Of a stretch of DNA of 64,000 nucleotides, positions 51,101 through 64,000 are shown one piece after another. Each line of letters starts with the position of its first letter. The stretch's first letter is position 1. Origin of the DNA: Marsupella aquatica (taxonomy: Eukaryota; Plantae; Marchantiophyta); assembly GCA_973895155.1 (NCBI GenBank), contig OZ316896.1:22029722-22093721 (forward strand), given 5' to 3'. Both the position numbers and the translations under genes were made by a program. Under the pieces are notes generated by a model. That model searched no databases. It saw only the letters and a program-made list of their open reading frames with translations, and was not told where the DNA came from.

Positions 51101-51900
51101 GGAGACCTCAATAGGATGCGCCAAGATAAGCTGCATGAGTTGCAACAAGGATGACCGAACTAATGGGCGCAACGCTAGTGGGATGTGGTTATAAAGGCGA
51201 GGTCGAATGTACCCTGGATGGTAGGCTGGAAGGGGGTCTAGAGAGCGAACCCAACTCCATGCCTGCTCGGAAGCCTCCAAGGAAGGAGGGGCAGAGCTAA
51301 CTGGGTCAAGAGGGGGCTGGGGCTGGGATTGTGCTTGCTGGCAACGTTGGCACCGGCCCCGCCCGCGGTGATGAGGAAGGGAGAATGAGGCCAACCCAGC
51401 CACACTCAGGACAAGTATGCAGGGGACGCTCGTCTGGGGAGGGAGCAGGGAACGACTGGACAGGAGGTGGGGGGGAACCGACGTGGATGAAGAGGCCGGA
51501 GGGGGATGCTGGAGGGGTGGAGGGGGTATGAGGTGGGGAGAGGAGCCAGGGCGTCGATGGGGTGGGCAGTAGACTGGGGGGACTAGCAGAGCATCGGGCA
51601 TGGGGTCATCACGAAGATGAGAGAGATCCAATGAAGAAGAGCAAACACGAAGGCGACCACGAGGCGGGGGGGGGGGGAGGAGGGGGGAGAACTGTGTGGG
51701 GGGGACTGGGCGCTTGCCCTGTGCCAACACTCTCAACGTAGACATGACAGGTCGCAACCCGATAAAAGCAAAAGCGCATCAAGAAGCGACAAAAGGCCCA
51801 ACCAAGACATGTGAAAAGAAAGGGAAGGCTATGGAGAGAGCCCACCGCGTCAAAATCCGAGAAACGGCACCACCGCTAGCCTAGAAAACTGTTGAGCACG
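48114..51900 (-). mobile_element. RLE-type (CRE-like) non-LTR retrotransposon, degenerate; 5' end not defined
   Basis: RT motifs PIAIGEVFLRL, VDVSNAFNTVSR, GTRQGDP, LSDDTHI, LRVLGS, LPISHGGFGL; knuckle CTC...HLLRC; RLE ADVVVANP...KEAKY...PLALEIFG; QRISVTLQRAQA; short A tail at ~48114. Confidence 0.85.
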
Positions 51901-54900
51901 TGCAGGCACAGCCGGGAACAAAGTTGGAGCACTCGTCGATGTGTTCGTTGAGGAGTCAGTGCGAGTGAATATCTCTCCGCTGATTTGAGCGTGCTGCTAC
52001 AGCTCCCGAAGATGGTGGAATGCAAACTGGTCCACTAAACTTGGCAAAAGCCACCTTGTCAGAACTGAAGAAGAAAGGCAACCACCAATCGGTGGAGAAA
52101 CGTGGCAATACAGGAATGCTCCAAAGCTGATCAAGGGAAACCGTCACCAAAAATGGAGGAGTAAATCAGAATCGTAATCGGAGCCGAAAGTGGTTGACAT
52201 GTCACCAAAAGGACCGCGATAGGGATAGATGTTGCACTCCCGGACAAGAGCTGGCCAAATCACATGAGAATGCCGGATTTCGTGAACAAAGAACTGCTAC
52301 AGGACCCCAAAGCTAATTGAAAGTGAGAACGGTGGAAATTGAAGAAAAAATGTGAGAGCTAATCAAAGTCCAATTGGGGCAATAGGAGACCAATTGGACC
52401 GCTCTTGGGATCAATCTGATTCTCTCGGAGAGGAGCTATACAAAGCACTTGAGAAATCTGAAATCCGTGAAAGATTGACCAAGATATGACCGTCGAAAGG
52501 AAGACGAAAATCGCAGAAAAACGACTGAAAAATGGTGAAAACAAATGTGACCATAAGTATGTAGATACGGCATCGTTTTGGACGTGTTTTATATGGATTT
52601 GATGCGCCTCGGCAAGAGCAAGCTAATGCAACTGAGAAAACTGGATTCAGAGAAAAACTGAGTGCAGGAGGGTAGTCGAAGTGGCGCAAAAACTGTGTGC
52701 TACAGTCTGAACTCCATAGCCAGGAGTTCCAAAAGTACTAAAAATGATGAAATGTGCATAACCACTTTTTTTCGTCTTGGCTAGTGGTGGTTTTAATGCC
52801 ATCTGTTGCGAGGGCAAAAGCCTGTTTTCTCCCTCCTGGTTTTGCCTGGCAGTGTGGCTTTTCCTTGGTCTGCCTTCTCGAGACCCCCTGGTTTCTTACT
52901 ATTGGCTTGGTCCTCTCCAGAATCTCCTGCCACCTGGCTGTTGCTCTGGGCGTCTCACAAGAAGTACTTATAAAACCTACTTACAGTCACATAGTAATCA
53001 ACAGGTGTATAACTCTATTCACAATATAGCATGCTCATCCCGGAATGTGTTTGATTTTTTTGTCTTGTAGTGATCTGAAAGTAAATAAAATATCAGAGCA
53101 TAACTAGAAGGATTAAATAATGTCAGTAAATTGCGTGCCAAAAAAAGCACAGTGACCAATGAAAAATACAATCAAGTTTTATGACTTGGATGCTACGATG
53201 TGCACTTAATTCAATGTGCCTTATGAGTGACACTCATTTCAATAAAAACCATAAACTTAGGAAAGACCCCGTGGTGGGAGTCACATCTCTAAGAGATCAC
53301 AAACTTTGAAAGTTATAATGGTGGTGCCAAAATAAGTTCAAAATAGTCTAGAATACCTAAAATTAAAGGGGTCTAAACATTAATTAAAAATGTATATGAT
53401 ACAGAGGTTGCCCCTTGATAAGGCACATTGGAATAAAAATACATGACACAAAATCTGAATAAGACAAAATACAAAAGGTGGATTCACCATATGTAAGAGC
53501 TTCACAACTAATGTTCATGTATACTTGTCAAGGGGTTGCACTAATAAACTTGTCATTTAGCAAACACTTTTGACCTTTTCGCTCTAACTTACAAAAGGCA
53601 CAATCCCGCAGGTAAAAACCTGGGAAGAATAGGAATCCTTGCACCAGTTTTCCACTTATGGAGTATGCACTTAGCGAGGGACCTGCTGATTACTGTAGAC
53701 GTGGGAATATAGTACAGTTCCATTCGCAATTACCAAGGGTCAAGTGAGGATTACACTCTAGTCTCAGCACTTAACAACTTCTCTTGATGCTAATTGAGAA
53801 TTCCATTGTCCATTGTGTATATTCAAGTGTGCGAATCCTGTTTTATTAATTTGGTACAACCCTGGCTTGTACTAATTGGAAAAAGTGTATTTAAAAACTT
53901 GGCACCTTGCAATTATCAACAAGCCCTTCAGCAAGTCCAATTTTAGCCTTCGTGACCACTAAAATTAAAGTCTGTATCTGCGTACTATTCACGTGTTGCC
54001 TAATATTTGAAGTACTCCCCTCATGCTCCTTATTTGTAGAGACTACAAAAGATGAGCAAGCCAGGGGCAGATTAAAAATGAATTCAGAGGGATGGAGCAA
54101 TAGAAATTTATTGTTTCTTGACTCTTTCTCAATCCCAAAACATTCCAAAAAGTCATTGTTTGGGGGGCAATGTTTCATCTCTTGAGTATTTATATAAATA
54201 ACACTGCCGTACATGCATTTCATTGGATGCATGCATGGAGGAAGAAGTGTAGAGTGGAAGCCACTTTATTACAGAAGGAAGATGATGAGGAGTTTAGGGT
54301 GGATTTATGATATATCCCGTCCATTGTCTCAATTTGATTTCCTCTGAAATGCATGTTGACTGTAATGAATGAAAACTACTGGAGTTGGCTTTACAAGCTA
54401 TGAGTGACCCATTCAAGTGTGGTATTTACCAGTGCTAGATGGGTATACTACTGCAATAATTTCCAGTAATACCACCCGGTAAAGGTAAGGTATTGCAAAT
54501 TGTTTGGCCTGACAATATCAATTTCAGTGATACCCTGTACCATAACGTTAATATAGATTTTACTATACCTGGTTTCATACCTATACCTCCCATCTTAGAG
54601 GGAGTTATTGACTGGGTAATCTTTTACAAAAACACAAAATCAACTCTAGGTGCAAGGGTTTAGGGAGGGTATATGGGGATGCACCTGTATCCCTAGCTTG
54701 AACATGCTCTTGCTGCTAGAGTGCCTAGTGTTGATTGTTGGAGGCTAGAACCCAAGTGCCTAGTAGGAAAACTACATGTTTACATCTTGATGCATTGCAA
54801 CATGTATGCAAGGCCAGATTACATATGTTTAGGCAAGACAGTTTAGGTGCTCAACCAGTCGTTGCACCCCTTGCTTGGTGGAATGAGAATAAGAGGACCT

Positions 54901-55134
54901 ACCCCAATCATAGTTGGGATTTTGGGTTGACAATTCCTTTGCATTCCTGGCTCCCAAATTGAGTGCAAGTGCTTCTTGATTGCTGGTATGTACAAACCTC
55001 AAGATATTGGTGATTGTCTCTTAGAATTGGCCAAATGATGTACTAAAGGTCCAGTTTTGAGATTAGTATGATTGGGGTGATTTCAAAAGTGATACCATTG
55101 ACGTTGCTGAGGATTAAAAACATCAATACAAATT

Positions 55135-55293
55135 TTTTACAGAAAGGGCCAAACAGAGTACAAAAAAACAAACCAAAGAGGTCCAAAGCTGACAGAAACC
55201 ACACTCAAAAGAAGTGAGCACAGGGAAACCCCAAGAAACTTAGAACATATGGCAAGTAAGGGAACCCCCAAGAAACCCAGAAAGAGGAAATAG
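55135..55293 (-). mobile_element. Short 3'-end copy of the same RLE LINE family
   Basis: tttttacagaaa.ggccaaa.agagtacaaaa...aaaagaagtgagca..ggaaaccc...aagaggaa matches 48114-48235. Confidence 0.75.
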
Positions 55294-55964
55294 ACCGGGG
55301 ATGAGTTAGTTGTGGATTGGTTGCAAAGAAGCCTTAACATACTAGTTTCATGGTGTTTTAAGCAAGTTTTCCCTGATAAACTTTACAGCATATGTATGAT
55401 CAAAACCTATACCTGTCCATGTTTTTTATTTACCATATATTGCAAGCAATGGGCCCAGGTGATTGTTAATGCAATGTTTATTTTGTCTAGAATTTTGAAT
55501 CACCAAAAGTGATCCAAACATTTCCAAACTGTGGTTCCTCCAATCCCATTTACATTTATTGAATTTCAAAGATTTTTGTGTGGAGTCATCTTTATTAGAA
55601 CAAGAAGTGGCCCTCCCAGTTACTTTAATGAACAACGCTACCCTTATTTTAATGTTAGATCACCTCCTAGGTGGTCCAAACATTTCCCAATTTAGTCCGC
55701 TTCATTCAATTGATTTGCATTTATGTAACTTCATTGAAAAATACTTTTAGTTTAGAGTCCATCATTATGACAAGACGTGGAAAAAATGAAGTCACGAGTG
55801 CCCCCTAGGCCCCTACTTCTCATAAAGTCACACGAGTACGTGAGGTGTAGGTGGCCAGATTTTTTAGGTGGCCAGAATTACTAGATTCCACCTCATTTCA
55901 CTGAACAGTCTTAGCCATTGTTGGCCAAAATTCCCTAGGTTCTTTGTCTTCCAGTAGGCCAGTT

Positions 55965-56633
55965 CCCACACCTAAGTAACCAGAATCTGATTTATAGAGA
56001 TCCAAGGGGGTTTCCCACCTAGCCAGAATCTGATGGCTGTTCTTAAATTTATAGGATCCAAGGGTGAATTCCACCTAATCTGATGGCTGCAGCCTTCTTT
56101 CTAGTGGCAAAAATTTGCCAAATTTCACTTCCCCAAAAAGCTTTCCCAATTTTTGGCAAAAATTGGCTAGTATTTTTCTGTCAAATTAGCCAGTGTTCCA
56201 CCTAACCACAGGTCCCATTAGCCAGAATCTAAAGTTCATTCTTAAATCTAGGGAGATCTTATGGTGAGTGAAATAATCAAATAAGGAACATTCTCAGCAT
56301 CTTTTCCTTCACACACTAGACATTGGACACTCTGGTTAAAAATTCAAAACCTTAAAAATACACTGGATGGCTGTCCTCAAATTTATAGAGATCCATCCAA
56401 GGGCGTTCCACACAGCCAGACTCTGATGGTTGTCCTTAAATTTATGGAGATCCAAAGGTTAGAAAGGAATCCAAGAACAGTGAATAAAGAATAGTTTAGT
56501 AGCTTCTCGAATTTACAGAGATCCAAGGGCGTTCCAATTAGCCAGACTCTGATGGTTGTCCTTAAATTTATGGAGATCCAAGGGTTGGAAATCAATCTTA
56601 AAAAAGTGAATAAAGAATAGTTTAGTAGCTTCT
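55965..56633. repeat. Degenerate tandem repeat cluster including two ~126-bp copies
   Basis: gccaga(a/c)tctgatgg(c/t)tgt.cttaaattta...gatccaaggg recurs; 56381-56506 resembles 56511-56633. Confidence 0.8.
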
Positions 56634-56661
56634 CGTTCGCGCAAGGTCACATTCACACCCT

Positions 56662-56678
56662 GGAGAGAGAGAGAGAGG

Positions 56679-56712
<34 letters not shown>

Positions 56713-56774
56713 GAGAGAGAGAACCTTAAAAACCTTGGAGAGAGAGGGAGAGAGAGAGTGAGCGAGAGAGAGAG
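56662..56774. repeat. (GA)n microsatellite
   Basis: Interrupted GA runs about 600 bp upstream of the SABATH ATG. Confidence 0.95.
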
Positions 56775-57369
56775 GAAAAAAAAGGTTAAAAGATGAAGGT
56801 GGTGGCGGCCCTTGAAGGAGCTATATGCAAGTGGAATGTCGACCTGTGGGGTCAAGGTTGCTCTCAAGCAGGGCCAGTCCAGCCCAGTCAACTGTATTAC
56901 CTACCCTCGCATTTATCCGCCGCATTGCCGCTTCCGACAGTAGAGTTGCACGCAACTTTCTATGGCAGAGCTGTTGCTGGATAAGAGACGAAATGCTCGA
57001 CAGAATCACAATCATCTCGCACTTGGAGCTTTGCTGCTGGCTGCTGGTCTCGTTTCTGCTTCGTTCTCGTCTCTTGGCTTTGTGGGCCCTATTTTAGGAA
57101 AGTGGATCTTGTTTGGATTTTGATTGCTGGCGAGGCTCATCTCGTTCACCACTGAGTCAGTCAGTTCGGACTTCTGAGCGCCAATTGATTTGTACCGGAG
57201 ATTTTGTCGAATGCTGTGGCGCGAAAGGGTTGCTGTCTATTAGTCAATCCGCCTCAATCCCGAAACAAGTATTCACACGAAGTCCTAATTACTTGATAGC
57301 GACATTGTGGGTAGAGTGAGATACCTCTTCAGTGTTTCGCATTGACCTGAATCTCACTTTCGCACGGCG

Positions 57370-59029
57370 ATGGAGGCGGAGACAACTAACCGTGTAGTGC
57401 CACAGAAGCCTCTTGAGCAAGTATTCATCTCGATAGGAACAGGAGACGGAGAAGAGGGCTACAGGCAGAACTCGGAAGTGCACGGCTTCCTCAACAAGGT
57501 CCCGCACTTGGAACTCCAAGACGCACTAGAAAAAGTGACTCTTCCCTCCGATGGCCCGGTGGTGGTGGCAGATCTGGGCAGCTCTTCGGGCCCCAATACA
57601 ATTGACAATGTAGCTCTCATCGTTGAGAGATTGAGACTTCGGTTGCCCAAAGATGCGGAGATCCAGGCTTATTTCAACGATCTGCCCTCTAACGACTTCA
57701 ACAATCTATTTCAGATGTTGACAAATGATAGTAGAGCCAAGAATTTCTTCGCTGCTGGTGCTCCGGGCTCATTTTACGAACGCCTTTTTGCTGGATCGGC
57801 AGTTCATGTCTTCTATTGCTCCTTATGTCTACATTGGTTGTCTAAGGTAAGTTCTCATCATCACTGTTACGTCCATTCCTCGTGGCTCGCTCATATCCCA
57901 ACTCCTAACGATTATAGGGCTTCTAGCTCTTGCGGATCGTTCATGAATCGCAAGGAGACTTTCCATGCTAGACCCAGTTAGCTGTTGATTTGTCCATAGT
58001 CATCAAAAGCCCTAAAGCTTGGCTCAGGGAAATAATAATAGAGGAGGTATCTTCAGCTTGGTCAAATCTACAGAAGAAATCACAAGCAAATACGCGCTCT
58101 CATCCATCCGTCTCGCTCAAAATACCTTGGGGAGAGAATAGCTATGCTGCACACGATCAACCTCGATCAACTATGTTTATTATTATGATTCGGAGTGACT
58201 TGCAGGTCACTGAAAAGAGTCTTGTGGTTTGCAGATCCCAAATGCGGTCCTCGCCAAGGACTCACCTGCATACAACAAAGGCAACGTTTGGACAATTCAT
58301 TCTCGCTCAGCTGTGGCGAAAGCTTATCAGCAACAAGCTGCAGTGGATTTGAAGAAGTTTCTTAACGCGAGGGCAAAAGAACTGGCTCCAGGAGGGTTGC
58401 TGTTCTTCACTTTACCTGGGAGACTAAGCTCAGAGCCAAACGAGCCCACGGATGACAGTTGGGATGAATTTATGTTGGACTTCAATGAAACCTGGAGTGA
58501 TCTAGTTGCAGAGGTAAGCGCTTGGAAAGTCACTCTTAGTGCAATTTCGGCTTTCTGCTCAGAACATTTACTATGCAATTTGTTCCTTGGAGTCATGAGA
58601 AAACGAATGAAAAGTGGCGATGTCTTGTACTGAAACGACTCGATGTGATTGGCTATCCCTCCATGCATGCAGGGTGTCATAACAGAAGAACAGCTAGATA
58701 CCTTCAATCTTCCAGTCTACATGCGAAGCATTGAAGATGTCAACGAAGCAATTGCAAGCTGCGGCTCTTTCAGTGTGCTGATAGCCAAACTGCATGCATT
58801 TGATACGGCTCCCCATAATCTCTACGAGAGTGTTATATCTGAGCCCAAAGACCGGTCCAGAGAGGTGGGGTTCGTGCACAAAGCTGTGATGAATGGTCTT
58901 GTGGAAACCCACGTCGGCAAGAAAGCCGCTGAGCTCATTTGGCAACGTTACTTGGAATTGCTTGAGAAACGGGTCACGATGGGAAAGCCGATACCCCCAC
59001 TGTGTATTGTAGCTTTGATCCGCAAGTAG
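57370..59029 (+). CDS. SABATH-family carboxyl methyltransferase, 3 exons (57370-57846, 58235-58513, 58673-59029)
   Basis: VADLGSSSGPNT, NDLPSNDFN, PGSFYERLF, LHWLSK|IP, AYNKG, FLNARAKEL.PGG, DTFNLP.Y; canonical splice sites. Confidence 0.92.
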
Positions 59030-60383
59030 ATCAAGCGATAAGATCTTACAGCGAGTAAGATTGCTGAGACTCATCCTTTGTTATCATGATTACCAACACA
59101 TTGCCATACAATTATATGACTACAGAAGAGTCCTGCTGATTTGCATGAAATAAACTCCTTGGACCTCAAATATCAAATGTCCACCTTAATTTGCTCACTA
59201 GAACGACGTTCAATGTCAAATTTCGCCACGAGCGCATCATAATTATGGATTCTGGATCCCATCTACAAATTTGTATCATTATTATGCGGTCGTTCGAATG
59301 GTATTTGCTCACTCTGGTTAAATGAATGTGTGAGGTAGAATAAAATTCAAGAGCAAAGAAAAGGTGTAGAAGAGTAGAGCGTGCGTTTCATAAGCTACCT
59401 TTGAAGGACAAGTCTTATGTTCTACATCAGGAATGTCGTCAACTATCAAACCGGTATCAGAATCCTCGTCTGGGATGTATGAAACGCTGAGGCCCAGAGT
59501 TCGTTCAAGTTTTCAACCGTGGGTCCACTGTGACTGAACTTGGACTTCTGGATATGTCGACCATGTAAGAATTTGAGTAGTCGGAATTTGAAGATTTGAG
59601 TAGTCGCAATTTGGGGTGGGCTAAATGTCAGCACGTGGCTGAAGTATAGTCGGCTGGGTCGTCGCTGCAAACAAGCTACTGTACATGAACTCCTCATGAG
59701 TACGTAAGAGCTTGACTGGAACTTTTGAACTGGCGGAGTACACATTGGCGTGTCTGAGCTCATTCGTCATTCGTGGAGCATGTTCTACAGCGGCGCTTTT
59801 TCAGTGAAAGGGTTTTCGCCATTCTCACCTTGGAACGATGACTACACTTTTCAGAGAAGTTCTCCACAGACAACTAATGGTAAAAAAATAACCCATACAG
59901 ATTGCGCAGACAATTATATGCATTCACAGACATTGTTCAAAAACAGAATCATGAATGAAGATGCTCGATTCTTTTCGTAAAAAAACAATCTCATGCTTCA
60001 GGTTTCTTGATCACTAGCAGATACTTGGCCAGTCAACAAATACATTAAATGAACCACATGATGCCACAATCAGCGATCCTGGGAGAACATTTGGTCGTTG
60101 CTCTCGTGGCAAGACGCCATTGCCCATCATTTTTCCCAAACCAAAATGATGGGCAGTAATGCTACCGTAGGCACTGTCCTTTAGTTCTTTGCACAGCAGC
60201 CTTAATTATTGTTCTTGTCATATCGGTTTCGGTAATCGAGAAGGAAATTCAATTCCTCCGTACTTACTGTCGTCCTTTGCGGTATGGTCAAAAAGCATCC
60301 TGATTCCTATAGGCTGGTCATCAACTTCTACTCACATCTTTGTTCATGTTGGAAGTGACCAGCTCCTACTCATAGCTTGTTGA

Positions 60384-60728
60384 TGTTGGAAATGAACCAG
60401 AGTGGAATTGAACTCCTCCTCAGAGCTTGTTCATGTCAGAAATAAACCACACTCGAAATGACACTAGCATGAACATGAAGGGCACGATAATGTACACGGG
60501 ATATCCTAGGTTCAATTCCTACCCGATTCATGTTGTTGACAATTCCAACATGGTATTAGAGCCAAAGATCAGGAGTTTCCCTTGTAACAAGAGTGGCTCA
60601 AGGGAGGGTGTTGGAAATGAACCACACTCAAATTGAGTATGAAGGGCCTGTAACTCAATGATAGAGCACTACAATGTAAGCTCCTAGGTTCAATTCCTAG
60701 CTGGTCCATGCTGTTAGCAATTCCAACA
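60384..60728 (+). mobile_element. TRIM (miniature non-autonomous LTR element) with a tRNA-like sequence in its LTR
   Basis: LTR1 60384-60550 and LTR2 60609-60728, both TGTTGGAA...TTCCAACA; iMet-type PBS tggtattagagcc (60551-60563); PPT aagggaggg; TSD gttga/gttca (4 of 5). Confidence 0.88.
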
Positions 60729-62570
60729 GTTCACCCGTAGTTTTGGCAATTTTGGCTGGGATCCACAGTGAACTGTTGAGAGACTACTTTGGGGAGGACC
60801 CATAGTGAGTGTTCTATACTTCACGGACCTTAAAATTTAAGGTGTAATGCTACCTCCAAGGGCCATTTTGCATGCTTTGTGACTTTATTTTTCAGTCACC
60901 CACACACTCCATGTGTTCTTTGGGGACTTTGTGGTGGTTCAGCCTGCATATGAGCCTCAAAATTGTCCATGTGATGCCTGTAGCCGAAACACATATGCTG
61001 ATGCTCTCAGTCGATGTCTTTTGGTTTTTCTTGCCGTCCAAATAGACTTTGTTTGACACCCTTTGAGCTTAGTACTTTGTTTTACTTTCCTGTCCCCCAA
61101 TTAGTAAAAATGATTAGCTTGCCCCAAAACTAAATTTAAAATGCCAGTGACCAAAGCTATGTGATCACCATAAATTGAGTGATATGGTTCATGAAAACTG
61201 GAAGAAGTTTATTAGCTTGCTCCCAAATCTATTTTTTAAATGTCTATGACCAAAAAGTAAGTGATCATCATATTGAATAAGATGTTCATGAAAATGAGGT
61301 GGACAACACTTCATGGGGCCATTTTTAGGCAACCAAAAACCTCGGGAGCCTCACCCCACGGGAGTTCCCATATCAAGGTCAAAGTTTTCAAGTAAGAAAC
61401 ACCCTAAAACTTAAAAGAATAAAATTTATTATTATTATTTTAACCCCTAATTTATGAAATATTTTTAAAATATTATCAAATTTGGTATTAAAACCATATA
61501 CTTAGTTCTTATAATTCTCAAATTGGATTAAAATATCCCTATTTTCTACAACAATTTTTTTAAAGTCTTCCGCCAAATTAAATTACAATACCCTGGCTAA
61601 TTTATTCTCTCATGATGGGTCAGAATAAAATATGTGAGGACCCTGGGCCAAAAACTACGTGACTACCATACATTGAACAATGAATATGGTTCATGACAAT
61701 AAGGTGGACATCACTTTGTGGGGCCATTTTGGGCCCCATCACAACACGTACAGGACGATAGTTCAGGAGAAAAGTACACAGAGAATGTTTTCGAAGGGTT
61801 TCAAGGATGGCATGGGATCACGCCTCTCTGTGTTTATACCCTATTTGGGCACCAAACATCACTTGGTTTAATTTTTATTTTCTTAGTAGAAATACCATTG
61901 GAGGAAGAGATGCATCCATGTTCAATGTGGTCTTTCATTAGTGCCTTGAATTCAGGAGCTCAGCTTAAACTTCCAAGGAATTAATTTATTGTGGAAGAGA
62001 GCCAACCGGGGAACCAGCAAGTACTGTCTGGCACAAGTACCCGTGGGCATGCAAAGGAATGGTTTTCTGTACCTACAATAGGTTCCCCATGTCTGTCCAA
62101 TATTCACCAATAAAGTCTAAACACCAATGAAAATATTATGTTGCTATGGAAAATATTGTGTATGGCTTCACCATGTTGTGTCATCATGATAAACTTGAAT
62201 CACAAATTATAGCATAGACTAGCTCAATGCCTGTGCATAGTGGCAAACTCTTATCAACAGTAACCAATGTAGAGGACAGGTGCTCTCTAACATAAGTGAG
62301 ATGGCCAGGCAATTTGACACTATGCAGAGTCAGCAAACAAATTGGATTTCCAAGGAGACAGTGTGCAAGCTGTTTAGAGAGTCAGGTTTAGCTTGAGAAA
62401 AATGCACAATCATGACACTTTGAAGCCCATCAGGAGCACTCGTCACTCGAATGGAAGGGCAAGGGACCCTTCACCCTCCAGATAATCACACATCAAAATG
62501 TGGTAATATGCCATATACAACTATTAATTTCAAAATAATAATAAGATTTTTCATGGTATGGAGAGATATA

Positions 62571-63030
62571 ATTTTTATTTTTTATTTTTTATTTTTCCAA
62601 AGAGGCCGAAGAGCCAACCACACAAGGGGGCAAAAACCACCCAAGCAAGACAGAGAGGCAACAACGTCAGGGCCAACCGGCCAACAAGAACACACTAGTC
62701 AGGCCACTCCAGGTTATCCTTAAGCTCTGGGAGACTACTGCAAGACCTATTGCGATGAACACTCAAGACAAAGATGGTTGAAACGATCAACATTGACAGA
62801 GGGAGACTTTGTATCCAAGGCTGGAATTACAGTGAGGATGAGTTCTCCAGGGTGACCAAGTGGCATCAAGTGATGAGGAGAATTGGTTATTACAACCCGA
62901 GCAGGACCAGAACTGACAATATGGATATGGAGAACGACAAGGGTAGGACTAGGATGACAATTGTTGATAGTATGAGTAGACAGCAAGACAGCAGTTGGCA
63001 GGATAGACTGAAGGCGAACACTAGGGTTTA
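62571..63030 (-). mobile_element. Probable truncated non-LTR retroelement 3' end
   Basis: (TAAAAA)n-type tail on the minus strand at 62571-62596 preceded by a pyrimidine-rich UTR-like tract; no diagnostic protein motif. Confidence 0.4.
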
Positions 63031-64000
63031 GGATTGGTTTGCTTTGGGGGCCATCATAACATGGATCTTTAGGGATGGAGCCATATAATAAAATGTATAT
63101 ATGATATTTGGATGTGGAGTTATGGAGACCCCAAAAATAACTCTTTCAATCACAGATCATGAGAGAAGAAAAGTGAGATACACATTGTGGCCTCTAGATA
63201 GATGACTTGAAAACGATAATATAATTTTATAACGAATGTGGTCGGCAATGCCGTACTGTACTGAGCTATGGACATACCTACTACGAAGCCATATCTGGGA
63301 GAAGGGAATCTTACGTACCACATGTGAATATGCAATGCACGTATCCACTCGTCATTCATAATGGGCAGGAGTTACGGAGGACCTACTCAAATTATATTCT
63401 CAGTTTTTTTCTCTCTCATAATTAAGTCCAATCGACGTTCAATAATACGAAAGGCTTAAGCAGTTGAGCAGGATGGCAATTTGCATGAGCATGGAATCTT
63501 TAATTTTCCAACATGAACGTCCTCGAGTCTGATTTGCCAAAACAGTTATACCAGACCAGACCTCACCTCAGACCTCAGCATGTGCGGATGGAAGATCTGA
63601 ATCGTGGTGTCTTGAAGATGTCCTGATTTTGAAATCGAACAAGTGTTTACGTACAAATTTCATAAAGAGGAGATTGAATTCTGCAGAAGAGAGAGTAGAC
63701 ACCTTAGTGTTGCGTAAAGGACACGATAAAAGATTTCAAGGATGCGATTCACCCAACAAGAATATCTAAGTCACGGCTCACCAGGAGACAATCATGGGGA
63801 GGACAGCCACTCACCTGTTGAGGCCGTTCACGCTCTGGATGTTGAGTACGGTACAATTGTTGACCAGTCGATTCCTTTTCCACAACTGCCACCCTTCAGT
63901 ACTGGCAATCTTCAGTACCGTATTGTCGACCATGGGCGTTTGTGTTTAGGCTCACTGGTGATCGAGCTGAATATTAAGATCTCACAGTAGCAACTAAAGG

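Noticed and set aside
60121-60155. 13-bp stem hairpin (tgcccatcatttt/aaaatgatgggca)
   Set aside because: Isolated and too short for a miRNA precursor or MITE call.
60644-60708. Functional tRNA gene
   Set aside because: Only 65 nt with no proper anticodon arm and located inside an LTR; treated as tRNA-derived.
63700-64000. Possible minus-strand exon ending in a GTGAGT donor near 63812
   Set aside because: No recognisable protein motif and it lies at the window edge.

Overview
Plant genomic DNA with spliced genes, most consistent with an early-diverging land plant (inferred from gene content, not proven). The main feature is a 9.5-kb Ty3/Gypsy-type retroelement (2614-12155, 4-bp TSD ACTC). 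Its decayed single polyprotein reads Gag(2xCCHC)-protease-DNMT3-like C5 cytosine methyltransferase-RT-RNaseH-DDE integrase-PHD finger. Its ends are split direct repeats (A1...B1-gc-A2-B2) rather than ordinary LTRs, with a palindromic GACA-GC-TGTC junction, a PPT before B1 and a candidate Tf1-style self-priming site after A1. Together these suggest integration of a circular cDNA at an att site inside the LTR. The element lies in one arm of a large inverted duplication of a CYP85-clan P450 pseudogene; the other arm preserves the empty target site. Host genes: STIG1-like, rhodanese STR10-like, apyrase, a helical-bundle/U-box/TPR/4xZZ protein built by tandem exon duplication, and a SABATH methyltransferase. 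Other mobile DNA: an RLE-type (CRE-like) LINE, truncated LINE 3' ends, Copia-type solo LTRs, and a 345-bp TRIM whose LTR carries a tRNA-like Pol III cassette. All alignments and counts were done by eye.
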